From: a virus
Virus record (IMG/VR): IMGVR_UViG_3300009537_000007
Span: 1-64,000 of that record
DNA: 64,000 bases
Reading direction: 5' to 3' (one strand)
The translations under genes and the position numbers were made by a program. How positions within the stretch are numbered: position 1 is the first letter of the stretch; each line of letters begins with the position of its first letter. Positions 58,631 to 64,000 of the stretch are shown here, piece by piece. The notes beneath the pieces are model-generated. The model did no database searches. It saw only the letters and a list, made by a program, of their open reading frames with translations, and had not been told where the DNA came from.

Positions 58631-58921
58631 CTACTGGTCTGCCGTATGACGCACATCAGCGGCAGAGATGGCTTCGTTTATGGCGTCAATGAGCTTCTGA
58701 GCCTTGCGGGAGTTCAAGATGACCTCGGCATGGTAGATGTCATCACGCCCCAGAATAAACAGGACAGCCTGCTTCACCCGCTCTCTGAACCGTGAGTTCC
58801 GGCGGTCGGAAATTACGTCGAAGTAAATATCCTTGTCGGGAAAATCAGGATCATCCTCAAACGAAACGACGACCTGATGCTGCACCAATTCGCAGTTGCA
58901 GAAAAATACCCTGTGTTCCAC
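58631..58921 (-). CDS. hypothetical protein (96 aa, GTG start)
   Basis: AGGAGG 7 nt upstream of the GTG at 58921. The longer ORF-track N-terminus is translated tRNA sequence. Confidence 0.55.
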   Translation of the reverse strand: MEHRVFFCNCELVQHQVVVSFEDDPDFPDKDIYFDVISDRRNSRFRERVKQAVLFILGRDDIYHAEVILNSRKAQKLIDAINEAISAADVRHTADQ

Positions 58922-58937
58922 CCTCTCTCCTCCTGAT

Positions 58938-59014
58938 TGGTCGGGGGGGCTGGATTTGAACCAGCGGCCCTTCGCTCCCAAAGCGAATGCGCTACCAGAC
59001 TGCGCCACACCCCG
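58938..59014 (-). tRNA. tRNA-Pro (anticodon UGG), CCA encoded
   Basis: Hand-folded cloverleaf: acceptor CGGGGUG/CCCCCCG (one mismatch), D stem GCGC/GCGC, anticodon stem UUCGC/GCGAA with loop UUUGGGA, T arm GCUGG-UUCAAAU-CCAGC, then A-CCA. Confidence 0.85.
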
Positions 59015-59022
59015 ATAATTTT

Positions 59023-59097
59023 TGGAGCCGGTTACAGGAGTCGAACCCGTGCCTCATCCTTACGAAAGGTGCGTGCTGCCGTTAACACTAAACCGGC
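59023..59097 (-). tRNA. tRNA-Thr (anticodon CGU), CCA encoded
   Basis: Acceptor GCCGGUU/AACCGGC, anticodon loop UUCGUAA, T arm ACGGG-UUCGACU-CCUGU, then U-CCA. One C-A mismatch in the anticodon stem. Confidence 0.7.
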
Positions 59098-59271
59098 AGC
59101 AGGTGTTCGATCTTCCATTTCCAACTCCTCGTTCGATAAAAGGGTGGAGCGCAGCGGAATTCCACCGCTGTTCGGCGCACAGGGACCAGGGAAGAAATCC
59201 CGTTCGCCGTCGATCCGGCGCACCCCTCAGGGAAACTGGCAAACCCTCTCAGGCGCTGCCCGATCCACTCC

Positions 59272-59568
59272 TTAAACTCCTTCCCTCGCCTCCCAGTTCT
59301 TTCCATGAGGCCCGCACTTGTCGGTCGGGACATCCATCGATACCGGACCACGCTCGTAATCACAGCGGCGATACGGCCTCCCGGTCAGCGGATTCCTGAC
59401 CAGATCGCACAAAAACTCGGAACCGCCGTCATGAACCCGAACCACCATATGGGCACAGCCCGAACAGGGCCGCCCAGGTTCAAGCCCCAGCCCGGAGACA
59501 TTCCGGCGCTGAACATCGGAAATCTCCGACGCAATATCCTCCATCCGCTTCCACAGGTCCCTCTCCAT
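59272..59568 (-). CDS. hypothetical Cys-containing protein (98 aa)
   Basis: ORF-track ORF, the first gene after the terS-proximal non-coding region. Confidence 0.5.
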   Translation of the reverse strand: MERDLWKRMEDIASEISDVQRRNVSGLGLEPGRPCSGCAHMVVRVHDGGSEFLCDLVRNPLTGRPYRRCDYERGPVSMDVPTDKCGPHGKNWEAREGV

Positions 59569-59969
59569 AAAAAAACCCTACCCCCGAAAAATACAAAAAC
59601 CAAGAAAAAAATGAATTTTTTTCCAACAGCCCATGATCCCAAACTGGGACCCCTATTCAAACCAATTCTGGAACAAGCGTTCTATTTTAACGATATATAG
59701 GGTTTTTGTTATTTTTCAATGTATTGGCCTGTGGCAAACCATGACACATTAGGGTTTGCTAATGGATAGGCCTGGGCTGTCTGGTGCTGGCGTCTCGGAG
59801 GTGTTCATTGTTAGGTCCGGCACGCAAGCGGTGCGTTCGATTGTCGATCCGCCTGAGTGGGACCCCTATTTTGGGCTTAATGCGGCAAACGCCACCCGAA
59901 CACGAACCTGGTTAGGATGACACCTCCCGCCGGGCCTGTGTCCCCCGCGCCACCTGCCCCCCAACACCC

Positions 59970-60509
59970 TTAAGAAGGGGTGCTGGTCGCTTTGCCTTCA
60001 ATGAGTTGCGTGGGAACTCCCGGGTCTTGCGGTGTAATGTCGCGCATTTCCCTGTCCTGAAGCCTAGTTAACAGCCATTCCGGTGCCAGCGCCTTCGGCT
60101 CCACCTCAACGGTGCCGGTATGCTCCACCTGCATCTTCTCGGAGTAGCGGGCCGGGTTGAACATCTTGGCGATCCAGCGGTAATGATGGGCTAGTTCCCG
60201 TGCCTTGTGGATTTCCATCGCATCCTGTGCCGATTCCAGGGTGCGAGTCGCCTTGTTTACCCAATATTCCGCAGAATTCTGCCTCGCACGGGCGAGAGCT
60301 TGGACGAATGAGATACCATTAACGAGTTTACCCTCATCGTTCTGCCAATTACTGACACTCTCCGCACACACCCCAACCTTAGCCGCAGCCTCTTTAAGGA
60401 ACATCCCCTCATGTTGTATAAGTCGGCATATCTCTGCGCCCATGGCTTCAGTGTATATGCTCTTACGGCCTACCTTTTGTTTTGGCTTGGTGCGTTTTGA
60501 AGTTGACAC
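59970..60509 (-). CDS. terS: terminase small subunit (HTH type)
   Basis: N-terminal HTH GRKSIYTEAMGAEICRLIQHEGMFLKEAAAKVGV and ...HYRWIAKMFNPARYSEK... pattern. Heads the late operon. Confidence 0.55.
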   Translation of the reverse strand: MSTSKRTKPKQKVGRKSIYTEAMGAEICRLIQHEGMFLKEAAAKVGVCAESVSNWQNDEGKLVNGISFVQALARARQNSAEYWVNKATRTLESAQDAMEIHKARELAHHYRWIAKMFNPARYSEKMQVEHTGTVEVEPKALAPEWLLTRLQDREMRDITPQDPGVPTQLIEGKATSTPS

Positions 60510-60513
60510 GGCT

Positions 60514-60527
60514 TAGGATATTTCCTA
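60514..60527. promoter_or_regulatory. palindrome site e (TAGGATATTTCCTA)
   Basis: Lies in the 50-bp divergent gap between terS and the 60560 operon. Confidence 0.4.
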
Positions 60528-60559
60528 TTCTTGTCTTATGTTGTTGACGAAGGGAGATC

Positions 60560-60883
60560 ATGACCATGACGAAAGAAACAAGGACCATTGGCGAGATCGG
60601 AGTCGATGCGGGCCTATGCTGGATCGGCGATCCCTGCTACTGCGTCACGCCAGACGCCGACGAACACCCAGCCGAAACATGGTCGGAGTTTTGTGGCTTG
60701 CTTGGGAACGAACACCCGACCATCCAGCAATTCAACTATAAGCTAGGCCATCCGGGCCTTGGTATCTGCGTTAGCACCGGATTCGGTGATGGCGTTTATC
60801 CTGTTACAGCGGAGATCATTGACGGACGAGTCGCGTCAGTCACAGTGACCTTCATAGAAGACAAGCCACTGGACGAGGATTAA
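60560..60883 (+). CDS. hypothetical protein (107 aa)
   Basis: AAGGGAG upstream. Contains GFGDGVYPV. Ends PLDED inside a conserved junction. Confidence 0.55.
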   Translation: MTMTKETRTIGEIGVDAGLCWIGDPCYCVTPDADEHPAETWSEFCGLLGNEHPTIQQFNYKLGHPGLGICVSTGFGDGVYPVTAEIIDGRVASVTVTFIEDKPLDED

Positions 60884-60887
60884 GGAC

Positions 60888-61076
60888 ATGACCAGAACAT
60901 CCATCGAAGAATGTCCATGCGGATCAGGATACCCCGCCCTACTTGAACGCGATGCTCGCGGCATCCCGCTGGGCTTCATGTGCGACAAGTGCGAGGCCGA
61001 GAAGAAAAGCCACTACCGCCCGGACGTTCTCACTGATCCGGGATACTGGCACGATGAACCTCTGGACGAGGATTGA
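60888..61076 (+). CDS. hypothetical Cys-rich protein (62 aa)
   Basis: CPCGSG...CDKC; ends EPLDED. Confidence 0.55.
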   Translation: MTRTSIEECPCGSGYPALLERDARGIPLGFMCDKCEAEKKSHYRPDVLTDPGYWHDEPLDED

Positions 61077-61080
61077 ACCA

Positions 61081-61269
61081 ATGTTCGCAATCTACGTGGC
61101 GCACCACCCCGAGGACCCGCTTCAAATATACGAGGCCTATTCGTCGCGGCAAGCCGCCGACGATATCAGGGCCGAGTTGGAACGACAGGGAAACACGGTC
61201 GAAGTGATCTGTATCGGGGATACCGACCCCGAAGCCGTCCCATTCCTTACGAGGGAGATTCAGCCATGA
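61081..61269 (+). CDS. hypothetical protein (62 aa)
   Basis: ATG 5 nt after the upstream stop. Confidence 0.5.
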   Translation: MFAIYVAHHPEDPLQIYEAYSSRQAADDIRAELERQGNTVEVICIGDTDPEAVPFLTREIQP

Positions 61270-61433
61270 CCCCAAGAACCTTCCCATACACCGTCCCAAA
61301 GGCCGACGAGGGGCCCGAGCCCATCGATGTGTTGGAGGACACCGCCGAAGCCATCAACACTGAAATGGGCCGTCATGTGTTCGATACTCTGCAAGACGGC
61401 CTTAGCGTTCACCGGGCGATAGAGGAGCAGTAA
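61266..61433 (+). CDS. hypothetical acidic protein (55 aa)
   Basis: ATGA overlap. Below the ORF-track cutoff. Confidence 0.45.
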   Translation: MTPRTFPYTVPKADEGPEPIDVLEDTAEAINTEMGRHVFDTLQDGLSVHRAIEEQ

Positions 61434-61436
61434 GCC

Positions 61437-61673
61437 ATGAAACCCGTAACCGTTGAGGTATGGGGCAACACGATGTTTCCCTTCGATATGCTCCGATATG
61501 ATGGAGCATACCCGGCCAATCCAGACGCCTCATCCTTACTTGACGCAATAGCGCAAGAAGGTGGCCACACCCCAAAATACATCAGAGACACAAGAATGCG
61601 CCTGATCTGCACCCGACCCCCAACGCCCGCCCGATGGGCTTCTTTCGGCTGGGCCTGTGAAATAAGGGAGTAA
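61437..61673 (+). CDS. hypothetical protein (78 aa)
   Basis: GAGGAG upstream; contains FPFDMLRYDGAYP. Confidence 0.55.
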   Translation: MKPVTVEVWGNTMFPFDMLRYDGAYPANPDASSLLDAIAQEGGHTPKYIRDTRMRLICTRPPTPARWASFGWACEIRE

Positions 61674-61679
61674 CACAAC

Positions 61680-62084
61680 ATGTCAGCATTCATCGTAGAT
61701 AAAAAAACCATGGACCGAGTCCTTGGATTCATCACCTCACAGCCGGATACCTCTCTGAAGGGACGCCCCCTCGACCAGCTAGGCCGGGAATTGTTCGCCA
61801 TGAACCTCGACGCAGTGAATCAGCGTTACCCCGCCCGCAACCCGGACAGGCTGCCGGGCCCGAACGACCATTCGGATATCTTCGACAATTACACCTTCGC
61901 GCCCGATCTGGACGCCAGCGCCGCCGAGGAACTCAAAGCCGCCAAATGCCTGGTCTATCAATCATGTGAGGGAGATGTTCCCGATACATCGACGCTTTAC
62001 AGGGAACTCAACCGCCTGACACAAACACCGCTCTCCGAAGCGATCAGCGAAACCCCCGAATACGAGGCCGCCGCTTGGAGATGA
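61680..62084 (+). CDS. hypothetical protein (134 aa)
   Basis: AGGGAG upstream; no family recognised. Confidence 0.55.
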   Translation: MSAFIVDKKTMDRVLGFITSQPDTSLKGRPLDQLGRELFAMNLDAVNQRYPARNPDRLPGPNDHSDIFDNYTFAPDLDASAAEELKAAKCLVYQSCEGDVPDTSTLYRELNRLTQTPLSEAISETPEYEAAAWR

Positions 62085-62176
62085 TCCCCCAGCCCATCCG
62101 GGCCGCCTAGTCCCCCGATCCCCCCGGCGCTGGAAGCGTGGCGGGGGATTAGGTAGTAGGAAAAGGAGGAATCACC

Positions 62177-62320
62177 ATGAGAACGATTCTTAATGCCATC
62201 AGGGCCCTGCTGGGCCGCCCCAGCGCCGGACGCATCAATCTGGCCCTGTCCATTATCGAAACCACAGCCAAGGCAGACACGGCACCGCGCCCCGTTCCCG
62301 CTGGAACGGACGCTCGTTAA
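62177..62320 (+). CDS. hypothetical protein (47 aa)
   Basis: AAAGGAGG 7 nt upstream. Below the ORF-track cutoff. Confidence 0.45.
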   Translation: MRTILNAIRALLGRPSAGRINLALSIIETTAKADTAPRPVPAGTDAR

Positions 62321-62328
62321 TCTTTATT

Positions 62329-62341
62329 AAGGAAATTTCTT
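62329..62341. promoter_or_regulatory. palindrome-related site f (AAGGAAATTTCTT)
   Basis: Intergenic, 62321-62494. Confidence 0.35.
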
Positions 62342-62344
62342 AAC

Positions 62345-62360
62345 GGAATCTTGGAATCTT
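62345..62360 (+). repeat. tandem GGAATCTT x2 (each contains GANTC)
   Basis: Perfect tandem 8-mers directly after site f. Confidence 0.5.
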
Positions 62361-62417
62361 GAAAAGAAGCCTAGCACAAAAGAACGGTCGCATCAAGGCT
62401 TTTTTTTAGATAAAGGT

Positions 62418-62431
62418 TAGGAAATTTCCTT
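62418..62431. promoter_or_regulatory. palindrome site g (TAGGAAATTTCCTT)
   Basis: Followed by TACATT, in the same arrangement as site b with TACTAT. Confidence 0.4.
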
Positions 62432-62451
62432 TACATTTCACCCGTTTAGTA

Positions 62452-62465
62452 TAGGATATTACCTA
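62452..62465. promoter_or_regulatory. palindrome site h (TAGGATATTACCTA)
   Basis: 30 nt upstream of the 62495 start. Confidence 0.35.
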
Positions 62466-62494
62466 TATCCACGCTCTTAAAAGGAGATTCCACG

Positions 62495-62902
62495 ATGTTC
62501 GATAATGAAGAGAACCCCGACCCGAGCCGCTACTCCAGAATGACGCCCCAGCAACTCAAAACGGCACAGGAATTCGCACGGCATGCGTTCATGGCCTATG
62601 GCAAGAAAACCAGCGAACTCATGGGTATCTGGATGGAACACGATGATCTGACCCCCCAGATCGCCGCCAACGGCGTTGCCATCGCCATGGCCAAAGTCGC
62701 CGCCATCGCCATCAAAAGGGGCTCCATCACCTTCGACGACGACGACAACCCCTATGTCGATCCGCTGACCTCCGAAAACATTCTCGAATGCACCATGAAA
62801 ACGCTTCAAGAAGCCTTCAAGGACTATGACCCGGTGCAAAACATGATCGACCGTGGCGACTTCGACACCCGTGGCAAGGTGCCGGTTCGAGCCGTCAATT
62901 AA
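62495..62902 (+). CDS. hypothetical protein (135 aa)
   Basis: AAAGGAG upstream. Confidence 0.6.
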   Translation: MFDNEENPDPSRYSRMTPQQLKTAQEFARHAFMAYGKKTSELMGIWMEHDDLTPQIAANGVAIAMAKVAAIAIKRGSITFDDDDNPYVDPLTSENILECTMKTLQEAFKDYDPVQNMIDRGDFDTRGKVPVRAVN

Positions 62903-62974
62903 TTGCATCGTGGCGTCCGTGGCCTAGCAATCCCGCGAAAGCTTCGGACGCCACACACAGGAGATCAAACCACG

Positions 62975-64000
62975 ATGCCAAACCAAACCGAAATGACCGA
63001 AAAGCAAGTGAACGGACTGCTTGCATTCATTGACGCGAATCTCGCCGCTCAGGCTCAGGCCGCAGCGAAAAAGGGCGATGTGCCCATCCTTCACAAAGGC
63101 AAAGCCATCACCCTGCCCGCCGAACCCACGCCGATGGATATCCCGACCTCCATCGACGTTCTCAAACGCCGCTATAAAGAAGATTCCCGGATCGAAGAAG
63201 TGGCCGAAACCGTGGACGCCTTTCCGTGGGACGGGGCGGTCGCCTTTCACAAGGCCCTGAAAGCCGTTTACGGCTGGGTTGGCGGCAAGACTCTGGAAAG
63301 CATGTGGGGATCGAAACCGCCGAAACACATCTCCCTCGAAATTGGTCACGACGAAACGATTCAGGTGCCGTGGGGTGCCGTGGAAATCCCCGGCATGGAG
63401 GGCTATCTGAATACCAGCGCGGGCGAGATCGAAGGCCGCGCGGTGTTCCAGATCACCGGCGAAGTAGCGAAACGCCACCTCCCGGAAGTGCAGCGAATCG
63501 CCGCCCTGACCCGCGAAATCGTTAAGACCGACTCCATCTACAAGGGGAAGGCCGTGCGATTCCGAGTGGACGGAAATAAACTCAACATGGACGAGCCCCC
63601 GCGCTTTCTCAACCTGTCCAGCGTCAAACACACCGAACTGGTATTTACCGAGGACCTCACCGAACACTTGGGGACGAACCTCTTCGCGCTGATCGAACAC
63701 ACCGAAATCTGCCGCAAGCTTGGGATTCCGCTTAAGCGTGGCGTCCTGCTGGAAGGAAAATACGGCACCGGCAAAACACAAACGGCATTCGTGACCGCTG
63801 ACAGGGCCGTCAACAACGGCTGGACGTTCATCATGCTGGAATCGGTTTCGGCCTTGGCCGACGCGCTGGCGTTCGCACGGGCCTATCAGCCGTGCGTTGT
63901 TTTCGCGGAGGATATCGACCGAGTCGTCTCCGGTGAACACCGCTCCACGGATATCGACTCCGTGCTGAACACAATCGACGGGATCGAATCCAAGGGAACG
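62975..64000 (+). CDS. AAA+ ATPase (partial; runs off the window end)
   Basis: Open frame from ATG 62975 to the window end (342 codons). Walker A GKYGTGKT, Walker B CVVFAEDID. Missing from the ORF track because it has no stop. Confidence 0.75.
   Translation, partial: MPNQTEMTEKQVNGLLAFIDANLAAQAQAAAKKGDVPILHKGKAITLPAEPTPMDIPTSIDVLKRRYKEDSRIEEVAETVDAFPWDGAVAFHKALKAVYGWVGGKTLESMWGSKPPKHISLEIGHDETIQVPWGAVEIPGMEGYLNTSAGEIEGRAVFQITGEVAKRHLPEVQRIAALTREIVKTDSIYKGKAVRFRVDGNKLNMDEPPRFLNLSSVKHTELVFTEDLTEHLGTNLFALIEHTEICRKLGIPLKRGVLLEGKYGTGKTQTAFVTADRAVNNGWTFIMLESVSALADALAFARAYQPCVVFAEDIDRVVSGEHRSTDIDSVLNTIDGIESKGT

Noticed and set aside
59098-59271. Possible third tRNA next to tRNA-Thr
   Set aside because: A T-arm-like hairpin (AGCGG-UGGAAUU-CCGCU) followed by GCGCUCC-A-CCC exists. 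But there is no complementary 5' acceptor strand, the T loop is non-canonical, and I could not build D or anticodon arms.
62924-63940. 338-aa minus-strand ORF
   Set aside because: Antisense to the AAA+ ATPase frame (Walker A/B present on the plus strand). The plus frame is missing from the ORF track only because it has no stop in the window.

Overview
The whole 64-kb window reads as tightly packed bacteriophage DNA; I see no host flank. Gene order in the structural region is podovirus/T7-like. A GcrA-like regulator and a DnaA-domain-IV protein hint at an alphaproteobacterial host. Layout: (i) 1-2.0 kb, small plus-strand accessory ORFs. (ii) 2.0-8.6 kb, minus-strand replication module: T7 gp4-like primase-helicase, DUF1376-like protein, DnaA-domain-IV protein, SLOG/DUF2493 protein, DNA methyltransferase, Hjc-like resolvase. 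(iii) 8.1-9.36 kb, a structured non-coding region, an HTH regulator and a divergent promoter switch. (iv) 9.36-15.2 kb, plus strand: two ParB-fold proteins, PD-(D/E)XK nuclease, SSB, integrase. (v) 15.3-17.4 kb, an array of tiny plus-strand ORFs joined by a conserved 15-19 bp start-associated junction. (vi) 60.5 down to 17.4 kb, one long minus-strand late operon: terS, two tRNAs, GcrA-like regulator, terL, LamG protein, portal, scaffold, major capsid, glycosyl/methyltransferases, tail tubular-like proteins, internal virion proteins, a 3817-aa polyvalent giant protein, tail fibres, a Zn-ribbon metallophosphoesterase, endolysin and a holin-like cassette. (vii) 60.5-64 kb, plus-strand small ORFs ending in a partial AAA+ ATPase. 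Strongest observation: the major capsid gene appears split into three exons by two group I-like introns, one carrying a LAGLIDADG and the other an HNH homing endonuclease. Hand-built P1/P10 pairings fit, and splicing restores motifs I recall as conserved at the N and C termini of capsid proteins. Other leads: the start-associated repeat array, two or three ~105-nt closed-stem leader RNAs, a 14-bp palindrome at eight intergenic sites, and the giant Sbno-helicase/zincin polyvalent protein. All family names come from motif recognition by eye; no database search was run.
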